Shown here one piece after another: positions 1 through 9,818 of a stretch of 64,000 bases of DNA. Made by a program: the position numbers and the translations under genes. Below the pieces are notes generated by a model, which saw only the letters and a program-made list of their open reading frames with translations, made no database searches and was not told the origin of the DNA. The stretch is from Terriglobia bacterium. GTDB taxonomy: Bacteria > Acidobacteriota > Terriglobia > 20CM-2-55-15. The stretch is taken from contig CBDAOY010000008.1 of assembly GCA_965198225.1 (NCBI GenBank), forward strand, positions 992,001 through 1,056,000. The letters are read 5' to 3'. Numbering within the stretch: the first letter of the stretch is position 1; every line of letters begins with the position of its first letter.

Positions 1-616
1 GGGCACTCCCCAGAATGTTGCGCGTCGAAAAACGCTCTTCGACTTCCTTGCGGAGCGTCTGATTCTCCTCGATCAGTTCCTTCTGCTTTTCACGGAGATC
101 CATGAGGTGGCGCGCATTCTCCAGGGCGACGGCAGCCTGTGAGGCCAGTGCTTCGGCAAACTGCTCGTCTTCGGACAAGAACCGATCGTCCCTCTTGTTC
201 AGCACCTGGAAAACGCCGATCGTTTCCGAGCGATAGTTTCGAATCGGAACGCAGAGTATGTTCCGCGTCCGAAAGCCCGTCATGCTGTCGATCGCAGGGT
301 AGAAGAGAGGAGAATTGTAGGCATCTTCGACGATCATCGTCTTGCCGGTCTTCATCACCGCGCCGGCAATCCCGAGTCGTGAGTCAAAGCGGATCACCTC
401 GGAGGTGCCCAAGGCCACCTTCGCCCAGAGCTCGCCTTTCCGGGGATCGAACAGGAATATCGTCGCGCGTTCGGCGTCGATGAGCTTCGCGGCCTCGATC
501 GCCATGATGTTGAGCAGCTCGTCGAAGTTCTTCTCGGAGTTGATGCGCTGACAGATGTCCAGCAAGGTCACGAATCGATCGATGATTACGTGCGGAGCGT
601 GGAAGTCAGCTTTCAT
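1..616 (-). CDS. GAF-domain protein, probable sigma-54-dependent (NifA/FhlA-like) transcriptional activator, 3' end beyond window
   Basis: Not in ORF track. Manual translation from ATG at 616: MKADFHAPHV...AERATIFLFDP...GIAGAVMKTG...TGFRTRNILCVPI...IGVFQVLNK...ASQAAVALENAR (GAF), then a coiled coil and NILGSA, which resembles the start of an EBP AAA+ domain. Confidence 0.8.
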   Translation of the reverse strand, partial: MKADFHAPHVIIDRFVTLLDICQRINSEKNFDELLNIMAIEAAKLIDAERATIFLFDPRKGELWAKVALGTSEVIRFDSRLGIAGAVMKTGKTMIVEDAYNSPLFYPAIDSMTGFRTRNILCVPIRNYRSETIGVFQVLNKRDDRFLSEDEQFAEALASQAAVALENARHLMDLREKQKELIEENQTLRKEVEERFSTRNILGSA

Positions 617-664
617 TCCGTTGTAAAGGTAGACATCCGAATTCGGAATGTCAATAATGCGCCG

Positions 665-1384
665 ATGAAACAGACCACTTTCGATGGTTTTCCAGAAACC
701 GGTATTCGTTTCCTTCGTTCACTGAAGCGTAACAACAGGCGGGAGTGGTTCCAGGAACGCAAGGGCACCTACCTCGACCAGGTGAAGGCTCCGATGGAAG
801 AGTTCATACTGGCCGTCGCCGATGCGTTCCGTCGTTTCGCGCCGGAGATGGTTGCCAACCCCAAAGTTTCTGCTTACCGCATCTACAGGGACACCCGCTT
901 TTCGAGAGACAAGTCACCTTACAAGACCCACGTGGCAGCGGTCTTTCCCCGCAGAGGGCTCGCCAAGCATGAGGGCGCCGGCTTTTACGTGCACATCGCC
1001 GCGGACGAAGTCTTTGTGGGCGGCGGTCTTTACCTGCCCGACAAGCAGGGTCTGCAGGCGCTGCACGAGCATCTGGCCCTCAACCACCGCCAGTTTCGAT
1101 CCAAGGTCGGTTCGGCGCGGTTTCGCCGCCTGTTTGGTGAGATCTCCGGAGAGCAGCTGAGTCGGGTACCCCGGGGCTTTCGGGCCGACCATCCGGCAGG
1201 CGATCTTCTGCGGTACAAGCAATTCCTCGCCTCCAGGCAGTTCGAGCCCGACTTCGCGACGAGCCCCGCCTTCTTCCCGGAAGTCATCCAGAGTTTCAAA
1301 GCGCTGCTGCCGATGATCCGTTTCTTGAACGAACCCATCGTCGGTCGACACAGTTCCAGCCTCGACCTCACCTCTCAACGATGA
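665..1384 (+). CDS. DUF2461 / TIGR02453 family protein
   Basis: FL..LKRNNRREWF, RIYRDTRFSRDKSPYKT and GFYVHI motifs; start placed at ATG 665. Confidence 0.88.
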   Translation: MKQTTFDGFPETGIRFLRSLKRNNRREWFQERKGTYLDQVKAPMEEFILAVADAFRRFAPEMVANPKVSAYRIYRDTRFSRDKSPYKTHVAAVFPRRGLAKHEGAGFYVHIAADEVFVGGGLYLPDKQGLQALHEHLALNHRQFRSKVGSARFRRLFGEISGEQLSRVPRGFRADHPAGDLLRYKQFLASRQFEPDFATSPAFFPEVIQSFKALLPMIRFLNEPIVGRHSSSLDLTSQR

Positions 1385-1398
1385 TCTGCGTTCGGACT

Positions 1399-2532
1399 TC
1401 AACGCGATCGTGCGATCAGGTCGTAGTAGCTTCGCAGATCGTCGGTTTGGTAGGCAGCCAGCAGACTGGCCATGCTGTCGAGCAGAGTGACGGAAAAATA
1501 ACGGGATCTCTGTGCGGGATGGCGGTACCCGAAGTTGTTGAAGTAGGAGCGTACGAACATGCCTTCATCTTCTAGCGGAAGTGTCGCAACGTTGTCGAAA
1601 AACTGTTTCCAGGCCCGATTCTGAAATAGATAGTACTCGACGTTGGACGTGTAGAACGTCGAAACCTTCAAGCCCCGGCGCATCAGGTATCGGCCGAGGC
1701 CGAGCAGGCATTTCTCACCGGCAAAATCACCGACGAGCGGCACGATTCGGTTCTCGGCATGGAGTCTCCGGATGAACCGGAAGTTCTCTTCCGTGGCCAG
1801 GTAGTTGTGGTTTTCGCCCTCACCATCGGTTTCGAGCAGGAGATCTCCGTACGTCGGAAATCTCCGGGAACCGAGGCGCCGTCCCGAGGAGTATCTCAAT
1901 TCGGGGCCGGCAAGATAGAAGGCCTTGTAAACGTATTCGATGATCGTCGGATCGTCACCGTGGAGCCGGAACCCGTGACCAGACTGGAGCAAGCTGAGAA
2001 CCTCGGACAGATTCTCGGCGAACTGGTCGTGGGTCGGTGCGACGTAGCGAAACTTCGCGATTATTTCGCCGATACCGTCCGCGGGCCTGACGTCGTCGGG
2101 AACACGCCGCGAGAACAGGCGCGACAAGAAATCGACACGACTCTCCGAAAGCTCGAACAGCGCCTTGTACAACAGGTGCTGCAACATGTTCTGGCGTCGA
2201 ATATCTACGATGAAGGCCAGGTGCGGTTTCGTGGCGGCAATGTAGGTGTAGTTCTGGTCCGGTCCGACCCCGAGGTAGACGCCACCTGTTCCGACCTTCG
2301 CCTGCAACTCCGGGATGACGTGCTGATAGGGTACTTCGTTCGAAACGAAATTGTCCGACCGGAAGAAACCTCCGGGCTCGGACAGACCTCCGATCAACGC
2401 CCAGAACTCCCTGTCCGTTAGATCAGTCGCACCGGCCGGAAGTGAATCCGGACCGGACTCCACCAGCAGGAACAGCCCAGACAGGACCGCCAGTAGCAGG
2501 GTCGCCAGTACTATGCTCTTGAACGGTTTCAT
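1399..2532 (-). CDS. Conserved exported hypothetical protein (LIC_10091-like)
   Basis: 377 aa; N-terminal signal/TM; LSEPGGFFRSDNFVSNE, YLGVGPDQN and FYTSNVEYYL motifs. Family name is from memory. Confidence 0.65.
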   Translation of the reverse strand: MKPFKSIVLATLLLAVLSGLFLLVESGPDSLPAGATDLTDREFWALIGGLSEPGGFFRSDNFVSNEVPYQHVIPELQAKVGTGGVYLGVGPDQNYTYIAATKPHLAFIVDIRRQNMLQHLLYKALFELSESRVDFLSRLFSRRVPDDVRPADGIGEIIAKFRYVAPTHDQFAENLSEVLSLLQSGHGFRLHGDDPTIIEYVYKAFYLAGPELRYSSGRRLGSRRFPTYGDLLLETDGEGENHNYLATEENFRFIRRLHAENRIVPLVGDFAGEKCLLGLGRYLMRRGLKVSTFYTSNVEYYLFQNRAWKQFFDNVATLPLEDEGMFVRSYFNNFGYRHPAQRSRYFSVTLLDSMASLLAAYQTDDLRSYYDLIARSR

Positions 2533-2571
2533 CGTAATTTGCCTCTCCGGTGAGGTCGAACCTATTGTGAG

Positions 2572-2688
2572 CTAGTGACCTGTAAAAGTGCTATCGGTAC
2601 CGGCGTTCGGCGGAACGGCGTCGGATTCTAGGAGTGACGCTCGAGCCAATGCTGTTTCATTGCGAGGGCGTTATTTACAGGCCACTAG
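2572..2688. mobile_element. MITE family 1, internally deleted 117-bp copy
   Basis: Ends CTAGTGACCTGTAA ... TTACAGGCCACTAG are inverted repeats; about 100 bp is the near-exact reverse complement of the right part of the element at 60096-60364. Confidence 0.85.
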
Positions 2689-2931
2689 ACCTTCGCGCGA
2701 GAAAACGAATTGTCTGATTCGTCGGTCTCCGCGACAGCGCACAGCCCCATCCGATGAATTTTCCAAGCTGGTTCAACGTTTTTCCGCTTCCGAATGTGCT
2801 GTCGTTTCGGGTATCAATGAGCTTGGAGGAGTTACCTGGCCCGTGGCAGAAGTCTTTAAACCCGCCCGCCTGAAATCGTTCTAAGTGGGGTAGCGTCAGG
2901 AACTCGAGCCGGAAAGGAGGCTGCAGATAAG

Positions 2932-4874
2932 ATGGTGATCCGGGCTAACCTAGTTCAGGTCTCAGTGGCGGCTGTGCTGCTGACGTCAACGTTGTCGACG
3001 CTGGCGGAGAAGGAAGAGGGTTTTGCGGGCGAGAGAACGAACCCGGCCGCGCCAACCATCGAGAGTTGCGTTTACGTCAACGATCCCTCCCTGTATGTTT
3101 TCTCCTCCGAACAGAATCAGGCCGCCCTCTCCACGCTCACCGATTCGGTCGTTTCCTACGTCAAACCGGTCATCACCCGGAGTGGACCGCTCCTGCCGGT
3201 CCAGAGGAACAATTTTATCGACGAACACATCTTCGGTCAGATCGAAGCGGTCGGAATCGAGGCCGCGTCGCTCAGCTCCGATACGGAGTTTCTGCGGCGG
3301 GTCATGCTCGATCTGACGGGCCGGATTCCCTCGCGGGACCAGGTCCTCAACTTCGTCAACGATCCCAATTCCGGAAAGCGAAACGCGCTGATTGACAGCC
3401 TCGTGACCAGCCCGGAGTACGCCGACAAGTGGACGATGTTCTTCGGCGACCTGCTTAAGCTGAACGGAGCTGCGTCGAACGTCAACCGGTACACCCAGGG
3501 GCGCGACGCGTTCTATCTCTACCTGAAGGATTCGATCAGCTTGAACAAGCCGTACGACCAGCTGGTCCGGGAGATGCTCACCGCCGACGGAGACAACCAC
3601 ACCAACGGTGCGGTCAACTATCTGGTCGGCGGACGCATCCCCATGGGTCCAGTCCAGGACACCTACGATGGCCAGGCGGCGCAGGTGGCTTCGATGTTTC
3701 TCGGAGTCCAGGTCGTCGATTGCCTGCTTTGCCATGACGGGCAGGCCGGCTGGAATCGGTGAATCTCTGGGGGGCCACTCAGACCCGGATGGAGATGTGG
3801 GCCCTCTCGGCCTTCTTCGCCCAGACCCGGATCCAGGGCGAGCGTATCAGCAATCAGCCGCGGTTGATCCGCTACTCGCTCGTTCCACAGCGTCGCCGGC
3901 CGGGCTACCATCTCAACACGGACGACGGCAACCGGAGCACGCGTGAACCCCAGGGCGGTGTCACCGAAGTCGAGCCCTTCTACCCCTTCACCCTGGGGAG
4001 CGACGCATTCGGCGGCGTGGTTGAAGGCCAATCGCGTCGTGAGGCTCTGGCGAACCATGTCGTCAACGACATCCAGTTCGCACGCGCGGCAGTCAACTAC
4101 GTCTGGGAAGAACTGATGGTCCAGGCTTTTGTCACGCCGTCGAATGCTTTTGATCCAGCGCGCCTCGACGCCGATAATCCACCGGCTGCACCGTGGACGC
4201 TTGAGCCGACGAACCCCCGTCTCCTGGACGCTATGGCGACGTGGTTCCAGCAGAACAGGTTCGACTTGCGTCAGTTGATTGCGCTGATCGCGAAATCCCG
4301 GGCCTATCAGCTCTCAGCCGCTTACCCGATGGAGTGGCGCACCGAGTATGTCCCCTACTATGCGCGTCGCTTCGCCCGCCGAATGGACGCCGAAGAGATC
4401 CATGACGCAGTCGTGAAAGCGACAGGCGTGCCGGCCAATTACGAGTTCCGGTCCCGCACCGGTACGCTACTCGATCCCGTTCAGTGGGCGATGCAATTCC
4501 CTGACACTCGCGAGCCACGGAGCAACCGCCGAGTCCGCGACTTTCTGAATTCCTTCGGGAGAGGTGACCGGGACCTGACCGACCGCGGGTCGGACGGGTC
4601 GCCGCTGCAGGCCCTGAACCTGCTGAACCATCAATTCATCATGAGTCGCATCAACGCGAACAACCCAACGTCGACGATCGGAGTGGTCCTGGCCGAAACG
4701 AATGACCCGACCGAGATCATCCAGGGGCTCTACCTCTCCACGCTGTCACGGTTCCCTACTCCACAAGAGACGGCTCTCCTGATGCCCATGATGGTCCAAT
4801 TGGGCAACGCGGATGGCGCGGAATCGCTCCAATGGATCCTCATGAACAAGCTGGACTTCGTATTCAACTACTGA
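2932..4874 (+). CDS. DUF1549/DUF1553 (PSD1-type) protein with CxxCH motif, split by a 1-nt frameshift at about 3740
   Basis: ORF 2932-3762 has NFIDEHI, EFLRRVMLDLTGRIP and CLLCHD. ORF 3759-4874 has FARAAVNYVW, PTNPRLLD, RRMDAEEIHDA and QALNLLN. One extra G in GGG at 3739-3741 joins them (CHDGAGRLESVNLW). Confidence 0.8.
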
Positions 4875-4889
4875 GGGAACCTCGAAACA

Positions 4890-6236
4890 ATGTCGGCAAT
4901 GATCAACAGACGGGCTTTCTTCCAGACCTCGATGGCGGGGGTAGCCGGATACTTCATGTCTCCGCTCCACCTCCTCGCCCAGTCGTCGGTCGTCACGCAG
5001 CCGGACGCATCCCTGCAGGGCAAGGCAAAACACGTCATTTTCATCCTCCTGGCAGGAGCCCCGAGCCAGGTCGACACCTTCGATCTCAAGATCGGAGGGT
5101 GGACCCCGGATGACTTCGACCCGACCACGATCGACGGGATCGATTTTCCGCAGGGCCTGCTGCCGGGCATGGCGCAGCAGCTGAACCGGGTTTCGGTCGT
5201 CCGCAGCATGCAGACGCTTGCGCTCGTCCATCCCCTGCTCCAGAACTGGACGCAGATCGCACGGAACCCGACCAGCGCAACGGGGGGAATCGCACCGAAC
5301 ATGGGCTCGATCGTCGCCCTGGAGACCGAGGCCCAGCGGCGAAGCGACCAGCCACTTCCCGGGTTCGTTTCACTCAATACGGGTGGCCGGGTTTCCAAGC
5401 AGGGCTATCTGGAAGGGCGCTACTCGCCATTCGATCTCGTCGCCGACCCGGAGGGGCTCACCAACACGAGCAACGCCGCGGGCGAGCAGCTGTTCAGCGC
5501 ACGCTACGAAATGCTGCAATTGCTCGATTCGGTCAATCGCGAACAGTCGCAATACGGTCCGATCATGGACGAGATGCATGACTTCTACACGAGCGCCCGC
5601 CGGATGATGTATGAGCCCCGCGTGAACGAGGCTTTCCAATTCTCCTCGGAAGACGCCGAACGGTACGGAGGCTCCGGTCTGGGCAACTCGTGCGTCGTGG
5701 CCCGGAATCTCATCGCCGGGGATCTTGGAACGCGTTACATCCAGATCAACTCGCGTGGGTGGGACCATCACGAGGACATCTATTTGGAGGATGCCGGTCT
5801 CTACGCACGCTGCGCCGAACTGGATCCCGCGCTGTCGAGCTTGCTCACCGATCTGTCAAGCACCGCGGGCTCGTCCGGAAACACGCTGCTGGACGAGACG
5901 TTGATCGTCGTCAAGGGGGAATTCGGAAGGACGGTCGGCGAGCTCACCAGCCGGAACGGTCGCGATCACTATTTCGTCCACTTTGCGCTCTTCGCGGGTG
6001 GAGGCACGGTCGGGGGTCGAATCATCGGAGAGACAACCTCCGACGGGCGGTTCGTCCAGGATCCCGGATGGTCTGCCGGGCGACCAGCCACGGCGGAAGA
6101 CATTGCCGCGACGATCTATTCCGCCATGGGGATCAACTACACAACCGTACGCCAGGACGATCCGCTGGGTCGGGGCTTCCCTTACGTCCCCTCCACTCCC
6201 TGGCAGGCCTACCCGATCGACGAGCTATTCGAGTAG
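4890..6236 (+). CDS. DUF1501 domain protein with Tat-like signal
   Basis: INRRAFF Tat-like motif; VIFILLAGAPSQVDTFD, GWDHH, GEFGRT and GRDH motifs. Confidence 0.88.
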   Translation: MSAMINRRAFFQTSMAGVAGYFMSPLHLLAQSSVVTQPDASLQGKAKHVIFILLAGAPSQVDTFDLKIGGWTPDDFDPTTIDGIDFPQGLLPGMAQQLNRVSVVRSMQTLALVHPLLQNWTQIARNPTSATGGIAPNMGSIVALETEAQRRSDQPLPGFVSLNTGGRVSKQGYLEGRYSPFDLVADPEGLTNTSNAAGEQLFSARYEMLQLLDSVNREQSQYGPIMDEMHDFYTSARRMMYEPRVNEAFQFSSEDAERYGGSGLGNSCVVARNLIAGDLGTRYIQINSRGWDHHEDIYLEDAGLYARCAELDPALSSLLTDLSSTAGSSGNTLLDETLIVVKGEFGRTVGELTSRNGRDHYFVHFALFAGGGTVGGRIIGETTSDGRFVQDPGWSAGRPATAEDIAATIYSAMGINYTTVRQDDPLGRGFPYVPSTPWQAYPIDELFE

Positions 6237-6467
6237 AACGTCTTCGTCGTCGTAGGGAGTGTCGTCGAAAAAACACACGGCGCTTCCCTTCTGCATCGCA
6301 CAAAGAGGGCAATCGTCATCAAAGTAATCGTCCGGATCGAAGCGTTCGGTCCGGACACGGATCAGGTTCTCGTCGGGGCAGTCCAGGTGCACGAGGACGA
6401 AACCGTCCTTGCGAGAGATCGACACGTCGTCGCCGTAACGTGCACGCACTTCTTCGTCTGAGATCAT
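6225..6467 (-). CDS. Small acidic hypothetical protein with CPLC motif
   Basis: 80-aa ORF; TATAAT about 35 nt upstream; DDDCPLC. Confidence 0.6.
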   Translation of the reverse strand: MISDEEVRARYGDDVSISRKDGFVLVHLDCPDENLIRVRTERFDPDDYFDDDCPLCAMQKGSAVCFFDDTPYDDEDVLLE

Positions 6468-6884
6468 GTCGTTTGTCTTCTGGGTAGGCGGCGGGCGTGA
6501 ATATTATACCTGCATGGCTATATACCGTGAGCGATCACGTTGAAGCTAGAACTTTGGCGAAGCGTTAAGACCGGGGCGCAGGGGCCGGCTGCCTGGTATT
6601 GTTGGCTCGATTCATTCGACTGTCCACGCCCAGTTCGACCGATAAATGAAATCATTCATCGCTGGCCAGAGCCAGGCTTCCTACACGGGCTGGCCGTCTG
6701 CCGTCTTTGAGCTGTCGTGGAGCACGTTGTATCGTAGGGTGATGGTGCCGACGCTTGTAACTACCGGCCGGGAGATCATCTCATCGCATCCCTGGTGTGT
6801 CATTGGCATCGACTGGGCGCACTTCTGCGCCTGAGATCATGCCGTTTCGTTTTCTGGGTAAAAGGAGGGCGTGATTGGTATACC
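6445..6884. repeat. Imperfect ~66-bp direct repeat (6445-6510 and 6818-6884) covering the promoter and start of the small gene
   Basis: CGCACTTCT..CTGAGATCATG.CGTTT..TTCTGGGTA..GGGCGTGA..TATACC present in both copies. Confidence 0.8.
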
Positions 6885-6913
6885 GCTGCGGGCGACCGAC
6901 AACGGACTACGGC

Positions 6914-7279
6914 CTACGTCTCATCCACCCGACCGTAGTCGTCTTCGAGACGCTCGATGTCGTCTTCCCCAAGATAGGTGCCACGCTGAATCTCGATGAA
7001 GACGAGTTTGCCGCCACCCGGATTCTCGACGCGATGGGCGGAGCCGATCCCGACGTCGATCGTGTCGCCAGCCTCGAGTCGGACGTCCCGGCCGTCCAGT
7101 GTGACCCGGGCCCGGCCTTCGACTACCATCCAGTGCTCCGTCCGCCGCGTGTGACGTTGATAGCTGAGGCGGTGACCCGGCAACACTTCGATCCGTTTCA
7201 CTTTGTATCCGTCGGCTGCATCCAGGATCGTGAAGCTCCCCCACGGTCGTTCGTCGTGTTCTCGGGTGGAATCCACCAT
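6914..7279 (-). CDS. Mannose-6-phosphate isomerase type II C-terminal cupin domain protein
   Basis: RPWGSF, LSYQRHTRRTEHW, HRVENPG, IEIQRGTYLGEDDIERLEDDYGR. Confidence 0.9.
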   Translation of the reverse strand: MVDSTREHDERPWGSFTILDAADGYKVKRIEVLPGHRLSYQRHTRRTEHWMVVEGRARVTLDGRDVRLEAGDTIDVGIGSAHRVENPGGGKLVFIEIQRGTYLGEDDIERLEDDYGRVDET

Positions 7280-7420
7280 CGAGTAATACTATTACACGGC
7301 ATTCAGGAATTGCAGACAATGCCCTCACCAGACGCCGATAAGTGTCTTGACTCGCTGCTGTCATGCGGTTATTTATGTGGGAGCTAGCGAAGGAACAACA
7401 CCTTTGAGGAAAGGACACTC

Positions 7421-9685
7421 ATGATCGTTCGCTTCTGGGGAACCCGCGGATCGATACCGACCCCGGGCGCGGGGACCGCGCGTTATGGGGGGAACACCTC
7501 CTGTGTCGAAGTTCGGAGTGATGACGGTAACCTGTTCATCTTCGACTGTGGCACTGGAATCCGCCAGCTCGGTCTCTCGTTGCTGGGCGCTTCGCCCAAG
7601 CCTCCCAGAATTCATATTCTGATAGGTCACACTCACTGGGACCACATCCAGGGGTTTCCTTTTTTCACGCCGGTCTTTCTCCCCGGGACCGAAATCAACA
7701 TCTACGCCCCGCTCGGCTTCCAGCGCAGCCTGGAAGACGCCATGTCGGGTCAGATGCAGTACTCCTATTTCCCGGTCAAACTGACGGATCTGTCCAGCCG
7801 GATCCACTACACGGAGCTCGACGAAGGTTTTTTCCGCATCGGCAAGTGCCTCGTCGAAACGCAGTACCTCAACCATACGGCACCGACGATCGCCTACCGG
7901 GTCACCGAGGGGGCAACGAGTGTCGCCTACGTCACCGATCACGAACCGTTCTGGAAGTCGTCCGGCACCCAGTTCCAGCACCCCGGCGATCAAAGGCACG
8001 TCGAGTTCATCCGGGACGCCGATCTCGTGATTCACGACGCACAGTACTCCGAGGAGGAGTACCAGACCAAGATCGGCTGGGGTCACAGTCCGATCGGGTA
8101 CGTAATGGATGTGGCGGTCGCTGCCGGCGTCCGAAGACTGGCACTCTTCCATCACGATCCGACCCACGACGACGAATGGGTGGAGGGAATGGAAGAGGGC
8201 TTCCGCGAACAGCTGGCTCGACGAGGCAGTTCGATGGAAGCCTTCGCGGCTGCCGAGGGCATGGAGCTCGAGATCCAGGGGGAAGGATCACGCACCGCGC
8301 TTGAGGGAGACTCGGCCCTGAAACAGCGCGCGATAATGGGAGGACGTGTTCTGATCATCAGCCCGAATGAAGGCGACTTTGCCACGATCGAGCACATGCT
8401 GGTCGAGGATGGCCTCATTCTCATGCCGGTTTCCGAGGCCGATACCGCCCTGAAGCGCGCCGCGGAATTCAACCCGAACCTGGTGATCCTGGATTCGACT
8501 TCCCTCGAAGGCACCGCTGCTGCACTCACCGAGAGGCTCCGGACCACGACCGGCCAGGACAACCTGCCCGTAGTGATGTTGACCGATTCAGTGCACGCGA
8601 TCGGTGACGACGTGTCCATGGAAACGACCGACTATCTGGAACGGCCGTTCAGCCCGCCGATGCTGCGTTCACGCGTCAGGGCATGGTTGGCGCGGACTCG
8701 TGCCGAGTCTTCGACGCCTGCGTTTGAACCGGGCGTGGCAGAGGTGGACGAGCGGCCCGAACCACCGCGAACCGAACACGCCTACGTCGAGGCGCTGTCG
8801 AAGACGAATCTCTTCCGACACCTGGACGAGACGCAGCTCCAGAACCTGGTGTCGAGCGCGAGCGAACAGGTGTTTCCCTCGGGCTACGAGGTCCTGCGCG
8901 AAGGCGAACCGGGGACCAATGTCTTCATCATTCTTTCGGGAGCGGTTCGTGTCGTCGAAGCCGTGCCCGAGGGTCCCGAAAGTATGTTCCTGACCGAGAT
9001 GGGAGCCGGCGACTTGTTCGGCGAAATCGGTTTCCTTCGCAACGCCCCACGCTCGGCAACGGTCGTCACGCTGGAGAGGACTCGTTGCCTTGTTCTGGCG
9101 CAGAAGGAGTTTCTCGAAACCCTCGAAGGTTCATCGGCTCTCTCAATCGCGCTGCTCCGTGTCCTGGCCGGACGCCTCGCAGATGCGGACCGCCTGCTGG
9201 CTCGGTATGCTCCCGATCCACTCACCGACCTGCCGAGACGACGGGCTTTCAGTGAGCTCTACCAGAGGCTGGCAGCCGGAGCACGACGACGCGACAGCAG
9301 CGTTCTTCTACTACTGACGGACGTCCAGAATCTGCGCGGCATCAATGACGAATACGGCTACAGCGTTGGCGATGAAGTCCTGAAGGGGATGGCGGAGGCC
9401 CTGATGGAATCCTCACGGACCACCGACCTGATTGCCCGGTATGGCAGCGATGAGTTTGTCGTCTTATTAATCGACGCTCAGGCCTCTGATTGCGACATCA
9501 TCATCGAACGGCTGAACGAGAAGCTGGCGCAGCTCGTGGCCCGCAAGACTCTGCCGGTTCCCGTGCGGTACGACGTCGGCATCGCGGTAAGCGACGAGGC
9601 ACCCGAGAAGGTCGAACCCTTGCTTCGAATGGCGGACGACGAGATCCAGAAAAAGAAAAACGAGAAATCTCAGGCGCCGGGCTAG
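7421..9685 (+). CDS. Multidomain signalling protein: MBL-fold metallohydrolase + receiver-like + cNMP-binding + GGDEF-like
   Basis: RFWGTRGS, GGNTSC, HTHWDH, GWGHS, FHHDP (MBL); PNLVILD and LPVVMLT (REC); FGEIGFLRNAPRSATV (cNMP); DPLTDL, INDEYG..GDEVL and RTTD..RYGSDEF (GGDEF). Confidence 0.88.
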   Translation: MIVRFWGTRGSIPTPGAGTARYGGNTSCVEVRSDDGNLFIFDCGTGIRQLGLSLLGASPKPPRIHILIGHTHWDHIQGFPFFTPVFLPGTEINIYAPLGFQRSLEDAMSGQMQYSYFPVKLTDLSSRIHYTELDEGFFRIGKCLVETQYLNHTAPTIAYRVTEGATSVAYVTDHEPFWKSSGTQFQHPGDQRHVEFIRDADLVIHDAQYSEEEYQTKIGWGHSPIGYVMDVAVAAGVRRLALFHHDPTHDDEWVEGMEEGFREQLARRGSSMEAFAAAEGMELEIQGEGSRTALEGDSALKQRAIMGGRVLIISPNEGDFATIEHMLVEDGLILMPVSEADTALKRAAEFNPNLVILDSTSLEGTAAALTERLRTTTGQDNLPVVMLTDSVHAIGDDVSMETTDYLERPFSPPMLRSRVRAWLARTRAESSTPAFEPGVAEVDERPEPPRTEHAYVEALSKTNLFRHLDETQLQNLVSSASEQVFPSGYEVLREGEPGTNVFIILSGAVRVVEAVPEGPESMFLTEMGAGDLFGEIGFLRNAPRSATVVTLERTRCLVLAQKEFLETLEGSSALSIALLRVLAGRLADADRLLARYAPDPLTDLPRRRAFSELYQRLAAGARRRDSSVLLLLTDVQNLRGINDEYGYSVGDEVLKGMAEALMESSRTTDLIARYGSDEFVVLLIDAQASDCDIIIERLNEKLAQLVARKTLPVPVRYDVGIAVSDEAPEKVEPLLRMADDEIQKKKNEKSQAPG

Positions 9686-9734
9686 ACGATTTGATCCTTA
9701 GGCTAAAGGATTTGCTCTCAGATTGTCGGGATCA

Positions 9735-9815
9735 AAGCGTGCTGTCAGCCCTCAGCGTTCAGCTGTTTCGAAAACGGGACGATAGTCCCATCCGATTGAG
9801 CTGATAGCTGATTGC
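9735..9815. repeat. 7-mer (TCAGC../..GCTGA) inverted-array element, copy 1
   Basis: Near-identical to 42203-42299, including the core AAACGGGACGATAGTCCCATCCGATTGAGCTGA. Confidence 0.8.
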
Positions 9816-9818
9816 CCA

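Noticed and set aside
2588-2884. Repeated peptide MLSVPAFGGTASDSRSDARANAVSLRGRY (also 60115-60354) as a gene family
   Set aside because: The identity comes from the shared MITE DNA and the ORFs diverge at the element boundary
3760-3762. TGA in the DUF1549 gene as selenocysteine or programmed recoding
   Set aside because: Homology continues in a different frame, which a homopolymer deletion explains
6781-6783. In-frame TGA in the MISGAEVR ORF (minus strand) as Sec
   Set aside because: No redox motif, no recognisable family and no obvious SECIS
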